Source: Octopus bimaculoides
Lineage: Eukaryota
DNA: 64,000 nucleotides
Direction: 5' to 3'
Assembly: GCF_001194135.2 (NCBI RefSeq)
Contig: NC_068988.1
Coordinates: 81,512,090-81,576,089 of the forward strand
The number at the start of each line of letters is the position of its first letter. Position 1 is the stretch's first letter. Position numbers and translations under genes: made by a program. The notes below the pieces were generated by a model. That model was not told where the DNA came from. It made no database searches and saw only the letters and a program-made list of their open reading frames with translations. This document shows positions 53,385-64,000 of this stretch, one piece after another.

Positions 53385-53532
53385 TTCAGATTAACACCCG
53401 CACGATTACGTAACCCTAACCCTAAAACCGTAACCGTAAGACTAACCCTAATCGTAACCCTAAAACCGTAACCCTGACCACAAAACCGTAACCCTAACAC
53501 CCTAGTGAAAATCGTGCGGGTGTTAATCTGAA
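53385..53532. repeat. Telomere-like (TAACCC)n cassette bounded by a perfect 23-bp inverted repeat
   Basis: ttcagattaacacccgcacgatt (53385-53407) / aatcgtgcgggtgttaatctgaa (53510-53532). The interior is degenerate taaccc/taaccg. Confidence 0.9.
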
Positions 53533-53675
53533 TAATAATAATAATGACCTCTGCAGATCAAACTCCCAACCCACAACTAAGTCTTAAGTGTATATATATA
53601 TGGGCAACACACACACACACACTAAATAAAAAAGATGTTAGTAAGTAAAAGTGTTTTAAAAAAGATTGTTAAATT

Positions 53676-53765
53676 TTCAGATTAACACCGGCACGATTTT
53701 CACTACAGGGTTAAGGTTAGGGTTTGTTAGGGTTAGTTAGGTAATGATGCAGGTGTTAATCTCAA
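53676..53765. repeat. Second, inverted and shorter copy of the telomere-like cassette
   Basis: ttcagattaacaccggcacgattttcacta..(ggttag)n..gtaatgatgcaggtgttaatctcaa. Confidence 0.85.
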
Positions 53766-54716
53766 GATTTACGAAAAGATTTAAAAAAGAACTCACAGTT
53801 TGTAGGGAATAAATGTTTGTTGATCGTATTTGAAAAAGATGTCTCGCTGGTGAAGGACGGTGTTAGAAATGGAAAGTAAACTTACAATTGCCGCCAATTA
53901 GAATGAGGTCATTGGNNNNNNNNNNNNNNNNNNNNNNNNNNNNNNNNNNNNNNNNNNNNNNNNNNNNNNNNNNNNNNNNNNNNNNNNNNNNNNNNNNNNN
54001 NNNNNNNNNNNNNNNNNNNNNNNNNNNNNNNNNNNNNNNNNNNNNNNNNNNNNNNNNNNNNNNNNNNNNNNNNNNNNNNNNNNNNNNNNNNNNNNNNNNN
54101 NNNNNNNNNNNNNNNNNNNNNNNNNNNNNNNNNNNNNNNNNNNNNNNNNNNNNNNNNNNNNNNNNNNNNNNNNNNNNNNNNNNNNNNNNNNNNNNNNNNN
54201 NNNNNNNNNNNNNNNNNNNNNNNNNNNNNNTAATTGTTTCAGTTTTGATACTGAAATAGTTTTCTTTTACTGTCAGTGTTTCTCCTTCCTTTCTTTTTGT
54301 ATTTGTTGCTGGATTGTTCGTAAAAGTTCATAAGAGAAAGTAGGAGTTGAAAGGATTTGTATTAGAAAGAGGAACTTAGATTTTATTAGGGAGAAAATGT
54401 TTACTTCTGTAGTTTTATGGATTTTATTCATTATTAGGAAATTTTTGGAGTGAAAAAATGACGCAGTGACCTAACAAATTGTATTTAGAATATTAATTGC
54501 GATTGTTTAATCCAAGAAATTTGGAATTGTGTAAATGTATGAATTTTAAACATACACACACACACACACACACACACAGAGAAAATCTGCCTTTTATAGT
54601 ATAGATATATATAACAACAACAATCCATGGATGGAATTTATATATATTTTAATGCATCACTATGTGCATTTCCACAACCTTTACTTCATGAAATTGAGGA
54701 GATAAAGAGTATGTCT

Positions 54717-55189
54717 ATCTAGGGTACACAGTGAATATGTGCTGAGATATGGATACTGAAATCTGAAAGAGAATAAGGGCAGGATGGAAGACATTTAGCT
54801 CATTAAAGGATACACTCAAATCAAAAGTAAACAATGCCATACATGCCAGAATCTTCAATAACACTCTCCTACCTGTACTCTTATATGCAAGTGAGACGCA
54901 GGCTAATACGAGGAGGCTAGAACACTGACTGGCTATGATGCAAAGGGCCATGGAAAGACTCATGTGAGAAATATCATTACAAGAGCATACTTGAAATGAG
55001 ACACTTCAAGAATGGAGCGGAGTGAACAATATGATCACAGAATAACGAAAGCAGTTGCCAAGTGGTATCCAAGAGATTGCAAGAGGCTACTTGGAAGGCC
55101 TACATGACGATGGGAAAACAGTTTACTTAAGTGATTTTGCTCAAGATGGAAAAGAATGGCGCAATCAAAACAAAATTGGAAAAACATTG
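54717..55189 (+). mobile_element. RTE-1-like LINE 3' fragment interrupted by the Gypsy element (resumes at about 59511-59560)
   Basis: EI*KRIRAGWKTFSSLKDTL..IFNNTLLPVLLYASET..MQRAMERLM..YPRDCKRLLGRP..RW. tggaaaaacattg joins tgaccagcag across the LTR element. Confidence 0.8.
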
Positions 55190-55433
55190 TGTGATAGTTG
55201 CATTGGGTTACTGATTTGGGTATCCTGATATATATATATATATATAGAACTCTCATGCAACCATGTGGAAATCATGAGATGGGAGATGAATGAGCTGGCA
55301 GCAATAAAAGGGGCGATACTGCTATGCATGGGGAGGATGATTCTAGGAACTGTACAGCATGGCTCTCGGAAGTGAGCAGTGTAACTTGTAGTTATGAATA
55401 TTCAATATATTTTCTAATGAATGAAACACAACA
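55190..55433 (+). repeat. 5' LTR (244 bp)
   Basis: tgtgatagttgcattgggtt ... gaaacacaaca, homologous to the 3' LTR. Confidence 0.92.
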
Positions 55434-55486
55434 AATGGTGATGAGGATGAGATCTAGAAGACATTTAAACTTCAACAACTCGGAAG

Positions 55487-56130
55487 ATGCAGTTCAAAGC
55501 AAAAACTGAATGCAACAATAAAGATGTCAAAAAGAAGCCAACATTTCTTTCTACCTGTGAAGTTGAAGTCATAATGAAGTTAAGAAATGTTCTTTTCCCA
55601 GTAAGTCTTCAGAATGCAACATACCAACAAATAATAAATGTGTTACAACAGCTAATAAAGTCAAAGGAGAGACTGTTAATTGCAAACAGATTAAAATTAT
55701 TGGAACTAAAGCAACTAGAAGATGAGTCAATCAGCAACTTTCTTCTTAGGATTAATTCTCAAGCTTTCTTCTTTCATTTGAATAAGTTGAAAGAAAATCC
55801 AGAAGAAGAAATCATGAAACTCATTTTTATCAAAAGATTGTCATCAGTAGAGAGAAAGTTAAACATTTTGGATCAGCTATGGTGTCATTCTAAAATGAAT
55901 TATACTGAAATAGTTGCTCTTGCATCCACCATAGAATCGGAAACACTGTTAGTGAGTAGTTGACAAGCAATAACAAACTTTAATGTCAACAAGAAAACCC
56001 GCAGTTGTGATGTTGTAGTGAAATGTCGAAATTGTGGGCATACATAGAAAGATTGTATGTGTCCAGCATATAAGAAACATTGTAAAAAGTGCAGCAAATT
56101 AGGGCATTTTGTAAGATTTTGCCGATCTAA
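55487..56130 (+). pseudogene. Gypsy gag remnant with double zinc knuckle
   Basis: KQLEDESISNFLLRI; CRNCGHT*KDCMCPAYKKHCKKCSKLGHFVRFC (Mag-type paired CCHC), with internal stops. Confidence 0.82.
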
Positions 56131-56142
56131 AATGATCGCCAT

Positions 56143-58700
56143 GTGGACAACATAAATGTATCTCCAAGCGAGACTGGATCTGTCAACAGTTTGTTGCTAA
56201 ACATGAACAACAATGAAAGTGCAGACAACGTAAGTTTTTGCAAGTGTTTTATAAATGACAGAAGCATAGATATGAAAGTGGATACTGGGGCAGCTTGTTC
56301 GATAGTCCCATTAACATTGGCTTCACAGTTAGGTGTCCCATTTGAATCATGCCACAATAAATTAACCTTTGATGCTTCAAATCTAAAGGTTGATGGATCA
56401 GTCCAAGTGACATTTAAACTCAATAACACTGATGAGTCATGTAAATTTATTGTGGTAGACAGCCCATACTCATTTGGGCTGATTGGAAAAGATATTATTA
56501 AAGACAGTTCATTCTGTTTCAATTTAAACATAGATGTGTTCCCAAAGGTTAAAGGTTTTGTGGTTTGAGTTAATTGCTCCGATGTAAGATATAGCGTGAT
56601 GAATTCAGCGAGACATGCTCCAGTACATTTGGCAAAAGAAGTGAAAGATGAGTTAAAGAGGTTAGAAATGATGGGTATCATCATACCGTTAGATTACTCT
56701 GGAGTCAGATGTACCTCACCTGTGGTATGGCTGAGATTTTAGATGGATCTCTTTGCATGTGTTGATTACAAGGCTTATTTAAATGCACATATTGGCACCT
56801 ATTCTTTTCCTATACCATCAATTGACACTATCTTCTCCAGTTTGTCAGGTGTGAAATTTTTCTCCACTCTCGATTTAAAGCATGCGTATTGGCAAATAAC
56901 TTTAGCAGAGGAAGCAAGGCAGATTTGCACTATTAATACAAACAATGATCTCTACCTGGTTAACAGACTTCAAATAGGCCTTAAGAATTTGAGTGGCATA
57001 TTTCAGAACTGTATGGAAACTCTACTAAAAAGGATCAAAGGAGTCAGGGTATACCAGGATGATATCCTCATCTATGCTAGTAGCGAAGCAAAACTGACGA
57101 GCAGAGAAAATGCAGTAGTTGCAAGGCTAACCGAGGTGCAGTTCTCCATTAACATAGAAAAGTCATTCTCCAGAAGAAGAAATTTGACTTTCATGGGAAT
57201 GAACATATCTGAAGAGGGTATTTCTCTATCTCAGAAGTTGGCAGCAAAATTAAAGAACATACAAAGTACCAAAGTTGAAGGAAGATATTGACAAAATGTT
57301 GGGTCTAACAAATTACTGCAGATCTGTCCCGGCGTATGCTGTAAAAGTAGAACCACTCTTATCAGCTAGATCTAAAGAATTTAAGTGGGGTAAAGAACAA
57401 GATAAGGCCTTCTGTATGCTTATCACTCAGCTTTTGCAGGCTCCAGTTTTGCAACCATACTCAATGGAGAAGATGAGCACTCTCACTGTAGATACATTCT
57501 TGATTACAGTAGCTGGGGTGTTATCCCATGAAGGACACCTAGCAGCATTCATAAGCCGCACCTTTAGCCATGCACAACGAAATTGGTCAAACATTGAGAG
57601 AGAGATTTATGCTGCATAGATAGACTGCAGCATTTCTTTCTAGGAAAGCAATTTTATTTGCAAACAGATCACCGGCCTTTAAGATCCTGTTTATGAAGGA
57701 TTTAAATGTATCTCGACATGCTTTTCAAAAAAATAGCCAGGTGGAGTTTGATTCTATCACAGTACGATTTTGTCATTAAGCATGTTCCAGGTAAAAGTAT
57801 TTTGCACATCATCAACCTCTCTAGATTGAGGTATAAGGAGACTAATGATGGTGTTATAATTTTCTTTGCTTCGCATTAGACAAATGTAACAGTGCATGGC
57901 AGGACATCTGTCCTGTTATGATGGAAGGCATCAGAAATAGATGAGGATGTAACACACAAAACCATGTTTGACAATGTTGCATCCAAGGCAAAATATGTGA
58001 TACATGTCAGAAAGATTGCTAACAAGGATTGAAGCATTCATGTGTCTAAATTGGTCAACTAAGGCAGTAAAAAGCAAACTGCTTGAGGTCTTTACTTAGT
58101 TTGGTGTACCCACAACAGACCTGAATTTATTGCATGAAAGAATATGTTGTCGTCAATGGGTTGCAGAAAAATTGAGACACCTGCTAACAGTCAGGCATCT
58201 AATAGCATTGCAGAAAGGGCCATACAAACTGTGAAGGCTGCACTGAAGTATTTTGATTGGAAGACAGGGAATTTTGGCAACTACTTGAACAAAATTCTGC
58301 TCAACCACTGGAGTGCCTTGGGTGGTTGTAAATTACAACTGGCTGAAAAGTTAGTGAAAAATCCATTGAGGGTTGCTGTAAACCCATTCTTTGAAATAGG
58401 TGAAAATGTAATACATAAAACCATGTTCGACAATGTTGCATTCAAGGCAAAATATGTGATACATGCTGGAAATAATACTGCATAGATTAAGGAGGGTTGC
58501 TCACAGCATTCAGTGGCAGTTGAGCAACTGGCCCTACTAAACACATGGGAACCAGAACCAGAATTGCGCACAACACCTGGCACAGTGGTTTACAGTGAGT
58601 TTGCAAAGATTCCCAACAGTGATGGTGTGACCATATCAAGTCCCCAGGCTAGGTGTGACACCAACACTTGGAGTTATAGAAGTGAAGCACCCTATTATTG
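56143..58700 (+). pseudogene. Gypsy pol remnant (protease, RT, RNase H, partial integrase)
   Basis: MKVDTGAACSIV (protease); FSTLDLKHAYWQI and VYQDDILI (RT); NWSNIERE and QTDHRPL (RNase H); SQASNSIAERAIQTVK (integrase). Multiple stops and frameshifts. Confidence 0.9.
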
Positions 58701-58812
58701 AAAATGCTAGACATTGAAGATTAAACAGGAAAATTTTGTCAAGTCCTCAACTGAGGCGAAGTGCAAGAATTGTGGCAGAATGTAAAATGCCAAACGTTTG
58801 AAGGATGAATAA

Positions 58813-59510
58813 TGTGATAGTTGCATTGGGTTGCCTTATTTTGGTAACCGGATATATATATATAGATATACAGGGCAGGGAATCGTCAATTAGTAATAAA
58901 ATTAATAATTAACAATTATGCCGGGTAGCTCAGTATGAAAAAACCTTTTCGGTAAAGCCATTTATAATCATAAATATATAGGGATTAGCAGAAAACCTGC
59001 TTCTCCAACATACTGAGAATTCAGAAACAGCAGCCAAAGAACTACTGATTCTAAAAACTACAAATTTTTCTCTAATTGATAGCGATATTGTTCTGTGTGT
59101 ACCATGAATATCGCTATCAATTAGAGAAAAATTTGTAGTTTTAGAATCAGTAGTTCTTTGGCTGCTGTTTCTGAATTCTCAGTATGTTGGAGNNNNNNNN
59201 NNNNNNNNNNNNNNNNNNNNNNNNNNNNNNNNNNNNNNNNNNNNNNNNNNNNNNNNNNNNNNNNNNNNNNNNNNNNNNNNNNNNNNNNNNNNNNNNNNNN
59301 NNNNNNNNNNNNNACTCTCAAGGAAAGTCTCGTGCAACCATGTGGAAATCATGAGATGAGAGATGAATGAGCTAGCAGCTATAAAAGGGGTGATACTGCT
59401 ACGCATGGGGAAGATGATGCTAGGAATTGTACAACATGGCCCTCGGAAGTGAGCAGTGTAACTTGCAGTTATGAACATTCAGCATATTTTCCGATGAGTG
59501 AAACACAACA
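58813..59510 (+). repeat. 3' LTR, interrupted by an insertion (about 58870 into the gap)
   Basis: tgtgatagttgcattgggtt start. It resumes after the gap with actctc..gcaaccatgtggaaatcatgag..gaaacacaaca. Confidence 0.9.
59003..59192. repeat. Near-perfect 86/87-bp inverted repeat with 17-nt spacer
   Basis: 59003-59089 versus 59107-59192 differ only by one base in an A5/T4 run. The right arm runs into the N-gap. Confidence 0.92.
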
Positions 59511-59949
59511 TATTGTGACCAGCAGTGTACAGTAGCATTTGATGGTCTGGTCAATACTGTGATGTGTGTCTGTGTGTGCATGCGTGTGTGTGTGTGTGTG
59601 TGTGCTTGTGTGTGTGTGTGTTTGTGTGTGTGTGTCTGTGCATGTGTGTGTGTATGTGTGTGCATGTGCATAATCCTATGTGTGTGTATTCATTTAACAA
59701 TGTAAATATTTTTAACCAAGCCACTGTTAAAAACGTAATAAAGGCTAGATTTAAGAAAAAAGATAGCCATGCTAAGATGTAAGGGAGTTTTAAATAAACA
59801 AATCTTTTAAGTCTGTCATGATACAAAAATTATTATTATCTTAGTATTATGACTAAGAATTCATAGAATATTGTCTTATGATATTTTTGTAGATTATTTC
59901 TTTGAGAAATTTCTAGCAACATTTGTTAAGAAAATAACAGGACAGTATG

Positions 59950-60160
59950 AACATTCATACTGGCAGTATTTAAAATCCATCATACTGATATGACACATGA
60001 ACTTTAATATAATAACATGAAATATCAACTTTATCACACTAACATGAGATAACAACTTTATCATACTAACATATCAATTTTAATACTAACATGGCATACC
60101 AGTTTTTCATGCAAACTTGATTTAAAACTAATGTGACATATAAGCATTAATACCGAGGTG
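59950..60160. repeat. Degenerate minisatellite of about 25-30 bp
   Basis: Recurring actaacat..aactttat(c)at-like units. Confidence 0.55.
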
Positions 60161-60274
60161 ACATCTGGACTTTAATGCTCTCATGAGGTAAGAGAATAAG
60201 AGCTCTATGTTTTATCTTTTACTTATGTACATACATACTTACATACATACATACATGCATACATATATGTATGT

Positions 60275-60319
<45 letters not shown>

Positions 60320-60769
60320 GATGAGAAGTATAAGATGTTGATTCAGATAATCGTACAGTGATCACCATAAGCTCCTCTCATGAACTCAGCTATAAGTCAA
60401 CATAACCATACTCATTAATTTGTGAATATACCATTGAATTGTATAATGATGAGTATATATATATTAATGCAAATATGTATGCATAATTTCTTGTGTACTG
60501 AAATTAATATTAGATAAAGAATGTTGCAAAATGGCTGCTATTCTATGCCAATCACTAGGTTAAATAAACAAATATATATTCAACTCTCAAAAATCTCTTG
60601 TACTTTATGTTTACACACATATATATATATATAGTGGTACAACAAATTGATTAATTTAACATTAACTGGTTGATTGCATGCTAACTACCTGATAAAATCT
60701 AATATAGATTTTATCCTTAATTCTAAAATATATATATGGGAGGAGGAGAGTCTGCCAAAGGTTGATATG

Positions 60770-61358
60770 CTGTGATTACGAAGACTTGGCAACTAAAGTG
60801 AGATTGCAGCCTTGGCCAATGCCAGTGTTGCATGTCCGGCCCATTTAAAAGTACCTCTGATGCGTCGGGTGATATGATATGCTTGAAAAGACCTGTTGAG
60901 TCAAGTAAAACCAAAATCATAGCTGTGGCCAGTGCCCCCTGAGTGGCTCCCATTCCAGTGACACATAAAATGCATCATCCGAATATGGTTGATGCAAGTA
61001 TCCCCTGACTGGCTCCTGTCCCGGTGACATGTAAAAAGCACCATCCGAACGTGCCCGATGCCAGTATTCCCTGACTGGCTTCCATGCCAAGGGCACGTAA
61101 AAAGCACTATCCAAATGTGATTGATGCCTGGACCACCTGACTGGCTCCAGTGCCAGTGGCACATAAAAAGCACCCACTACACTCTCAGAGTGGTTGGCAT
61201 TAGGAAGGGCATCCAGCTGTAGAAACATTGCCAGATCAGATTGGAACCTGGTGCAGCCGATGGCTCTCCAGACCTCAGTGAAACCGTCCAACCCATGCCA
61301 GCATGGAAAACAGACGTTAAACGATGATGATGATGATTATGATGATGATGATGATGAT
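60770..61358 (+). mobile_element. RTE-related 3' fragment with four 66-bp tandem units in the 3' UTR
   Basis: ctga(c/g)tggct recurs at 60939, 61005, 61071 and 61137 (period 66), followed by the ggaagggcatccagctgtagaaac..ccatgccagcatggaaaa..(GAT)n tail. Confidence 0.85.
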
Positions 61359-61367
61359 ATATATCTA

Positions 61368-61443
<76 letters not shown>

Positions 61444-61444
<1 letters not shown>

Positions 61445-62694
61445 TGGGTTGTCCGGAAAGTTCATGCTGATTTTTAAAGGAAATTAAAAGATAACTAAAT
61501 ATGAACCATTTTGTTGCACAACCTATTTCTATCTTTCCTTTAACTTAAAGATTCTGTCTTCCCAGAATTTTGGGGTTTCTTGGCAAAGAACTCATTAAGG
61601 TGGTTTTTTTATATCCTCCAAAGAATTACAATTTTTACTATTGTTATTATTTTGCAAGGACCTGCATAAATGAAAATCTGAAAGAGCAATGTCTGGTGAA
61701 TATGGCAGGTGGGGTAACACATCCCAGCCAAGCTGCAACAATTTTTTATGGGTTGCCAAAAAAACATGAGGCCTGGAATTATCCTGATGGAAAACAACAC
61801 CTTTCCTGTTCACCAATTCTGAGCATTTTTTCTTAAATTGCTGCCTTTAAATCATCCAGTTGCAAGCAGTACTTTGAATTGACTGGTTACTTGGCAGAAG
61901 CTCATAGTACAGGGTTCCTTTCCAATCCCACCAGATGTAGAGCATGACTTTCTTGGGATGAAGACCTGCTTTTGGGTTGGCTAAAGGTGGCCCATGTTGC
62001 TTATCCCAGGATCTTTTTTGCTGAACATTGTTGTAAACAATCCATTTCTCATCACCCATCACAATTTGCCTTAAAAGGGGTACATTTTCATTGTGTTTAT
62101 ATATAAATCACAGATAGAAATGCGACCCAAAAGATTCTTTTCACTCAAACCATGTGGTACCCAAACATTGTAGCGATTTGAGTACCCAAGCTTCTCTAAG
62201 CACTTATGGATGGTGGATTTTGATAAATTTAATGTTTCTGCCAATTCCCACATTGTGTAATGTGGGTTATTCTCAATCAATGTCTTGATTTTGGTTGTCT
62301 TCTGAAGTAAGGATTCTGCCTGAGTGTTCTTCATCAATAAGGTTACAATCACCAACATTAAACTTAGCAAACCACTTCCGTACAGTTCTGTCGGCTAAAG
62401 CACCTTCACTGTACACAGCACATATCGTTTTTGTTGCATCCAAGGTATTTTTGTCTTTACAGTAAAAAAAAAAAGCATCAAGTGCCTAAAATGCACCTTA
62501 TAATCTTCCATTGTCATAGGGATGCAAACTTGACATGAGTTAAGTAATTTTAAACTTCCTTTTTCAAGAGATAGTTTGAAGTGTGTGCTAACTGGAAATG
62601 TAAAGATACCATGTGTTGATAAATTTGATGTGTTCTAACGTGTTGGAACATGAACGGCTGAAGAAAATCAGGATGAACTTTTCAGACAACCCAA
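61444..62694 (-). mobile_element. Full-length mariner (D,D34D) transposon, inactive
   Basis: About 31-bp TIRs ttgggttgtccggaaagttcatgctgatttt / aaaatcaggatgaacttttcagacaacccaa, inserted in TA-rich DNA. Transposase pieces WVPHGL, GDEKWIVYNN, FHQDNSRPH, YSPDIALSDFHL, with frameshifts. Confidence 0.95.
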
Positions 62695-62929
62695 TATATA
62701 TATCTTTTATTCTTTATCTTTTAATTGTTTCAGTCATTAGACTGTGGCCATGCTGGGACACTGCCTTGAAGAATTTTAGACAAACCAATCGACCATAGTA
62801 CTTCTTTTCTATTTTGTTTTCTAAGCCTGGTACTTATTCTATCAGTTACTTTTGCTGAATTGCTAAGTTATGGGGACATAATACCTGTTGTCAAATATTC
62901 AACAGTCAGGGACAAACACAGGTGCAACA

Positions 62930-62969
<40 letters not shown>

Positions 62970-64000
62970 CCATATTTGATAGGTGTCTTTCAGTTTTCAT
63001 TTAGCAAATCCATTCAAAAGGTCAGCCTGGTGCTATAATGGAAGATACTTGTCTAAAGTAACATGCAATGGAACTGAACCCAAGACCACCTTGTTGGAAA
63101 GCAAGCTTCTTAAGCACACAGCCATACCTAAACCTATGGTGTAGAAGTGATGCATTGAAAACACTTCCGGGTTTTCATGGGCTGGTTAGATGGATGGAGC
63201 TGATATCCAGGTTAATACCTGTATAGGTGCATGCGTGCATGTGTGTGTGTTTATGGAGGAACTGGTTTCAAAGTAGTTAACAATCTGAATTATGCCTAAG
63301 GCTCTTAAAGATTATCACAGACAGAGTGGAGTCATTTAAACGTGAACGGTGTGTCAGGTCTATCACCCATGATGGGGAAATGTTAAACCAGGGCTGTGCA
63401 TTAGGCCTATGCCCCATATTAAAGAAGGTATTAAAACTAGGACATGAAATGTTAACTTTGTTACACAGATATGACCAAAAAAAATAGCAAAATTGTAGTT
63501 GGAAAAACCCCAGTGTATCACTAGTACTTCATTTACAAAACTTAGAGAAGTGACAGGCAAAAGCAAATCAGATGGTTTTTGAACTCAGTGTGGCAAGCAA
63601 GAAAAGAGGTCTTCCTTAGCACCTTACTGTTTTTGCCACTCCATTACTCTCACTAAAACAGTGTGTGTGTGTGTGTGTGTGTGTATCTGTGTCTGTGTAT
63701 TTATGTATCCATGTATGGCCTGGGTCTCCATCAGTTATGGTGACAAGTGTTCCAGTTCCGGTTAATCCATTCTACTGAAAAGCCTGCTCCTGAAATTAAT
63801 GTTTAAGAGACTGACTACTCCACTAAAAAGCACACCCTTAACATAGTTCTCAACAAGATTCAGGCATGAAACAGAATGGAGAAAAGTCGGCCCTTTGAAA
63901 TACAAGTATGACTCATTTTTGCCAGCTGAGTGAACTGTAGCAATGTGAAATGAAGATCCTGCTCAAATTCACAACACTCCATCAGGTATCAAACTCAAAA

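Larger units (their letters stand above)
52824..54605 (-). mobile_element. Non-autonomous Helitron with both ends (contains an N-gap)
   Basis: Minus-strand 5' end A|TCTATACTATAAAAGGCAG at 54605. 3' hairpin cccggacaaggtcggg plus CTAG|T at 52824. ORF 53041-53328 (MPPNKRSCWGRK..) resembles basic Helitron N-termini. Continuity across the gap is assumed. Confidence 0.75.
55190..59510 (+). mobile_element. Ty3/Gypsy LTR retrotransposon (Mag-like), full length but decayed
   Basis: TG..CA LTRs at 55190-55433 and 58813-59510, 5-bp TSD cattg/tattg, PBS tggtgatgaggat at 55436, purine-rich tract before the 3' LTR. Domain order gag-PR-RT-RH-INT. Confidence 0.93.

Noticed and set aside
53410-53505. True telomere or chromosome end
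   Set aside because: The repeats are short, degenerate, internal and bounded by inverted repeats.
60900-61180. CRISPR-like repeat array
   Set aside because: Eukaryotic context, whole 66-bp units are homologous (no unique spacers), no cas genes, and it is part of an RTE 3' UTR.

Overview
AT-rich, microsatellite-rich eukaryotic scaffold with 8 N-gaps. The repeat landscape (tRNA-derived SINEs, RTE tails ending in (GAT)n, (TA)n next to gaps) looks like an octopus or other coleoid cephalopod genome; this is inferred, not proven. Only one host gene is supported: three minus-strand coding exons (49393-49573, 43959-44149, 4084-4272) that splice in frame into one complete CUB domain plus the first half of a second, across introns of about 5.2 kb and 39.7 kb. 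Both gene ends lie outside the window. Nearly everything else is intronic mobile DNA. Non-LTR elements: three tRNA-derived SINE families, RTE LINEs and many RTE 3' tails, and R4/Dong-like RLE fragments. LTR and rolling-circle elements: a decayed full-length Mag-type Gypsy element with both LTRs and a TSD, and several Helitrons. DNA transposons: a full-length mariner, and hAT, piggyBac-type and long-TIR MITEs. The least explained items are a hammerhead-ribozyme-like fold (30907-30964), a tRNA-like core enclosed by inverted repeats (34011-34210), TIR-bounded telomere-like cassettes inside a Helitron (53385-53765), a repeated SINE-(ATT)n-Dong arrangement (37.0-39.5 kb) and a cryptic exon (16238-16310). 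Most long ORFs in the supplied track are artefacts of N-runs or microsatellites. Coordinates of decayed repeats are approximate.
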